NCBI GenBank assembly: GCA_965153455.1 | Contig: OZ234494.1 | Coordinates: 2,790,001-2,854,000, forward strand | Length of the DNA: 64,000 nt | DNA from: Sphagnum compactum | Taxonomy: Eukaryota | Reading direction: 5' to 3' | The notes under the pieces: generated by a model | What the model was told of the DNA's origin: nothing | Seen by the model: only the letters and a program-made list of their open reading frames with translations | Database searches by the model: none | Position numbers and translations under genes: made by a program | Part shown: piece by piece, positions 63,787-64,000 of the stretch | How the letters are laid out: every line of letters begins with the position of its first letter | Position numbering within the stretch: the first letter of the stretch is position 1

Positions 63787-64000
63787 CTGCACACACATTT
63801 GCAGAGACAAAAATTCTCAATTTGTTACAACAGAAGCATCAGACAGATATGGATTTTCTACATCTCTCACAGTTTGGTTTTAGTATCTACAAAATATTCC
63901 AGGGGAATTCTAGAATGCTTTTTGTACGCTAGAAGATAAAATGAGGATAGAGAATCAACCTTTTGATATGATCCAAAAGGCGGATGTTTTCAGCAGCAAA

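Overview
Eukaryotic land-plant nuclear DNA. Spliceosomal introns, TTTAGGG repeats, AT-rich intergenic DNA and the gene and transposon types suggest a bryophyte, probably a Sphagnum-like moss (inference). The left half (1-33.9 kb) is mostly transposon-derived. It holds two decayed hAT transposase elements (one with both TIRs and an 8-bp TSD), a CRE-clade non-LTR relic, a near full-length APE/RT LINE nested in a non-autonomous hAT element, and several minisatellites. Two host genes lie in this half: a divergent three-exon linker-histone (GH1) gene with a K/R-rich block, a candidate sperm-type H1 whose last two exons the ORF track does not link, and a TMO5/bHLH30-32-like gene decaying by CpG transitions. 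The right half (34.4-64 kb) is gene-dense. It contains an 18-exon kinesin-1 (PSS1/KIN1-like) head-to-head with Cullin-3 across a repeat-built promoter, a HAD-superfamily hydrolase, and the 3' part of a very large POK-like kinesin-12 whose stalk was expanded by exon-module duplications and internal coiled-coil repeats. All calls are from manual reading; no searches were run.
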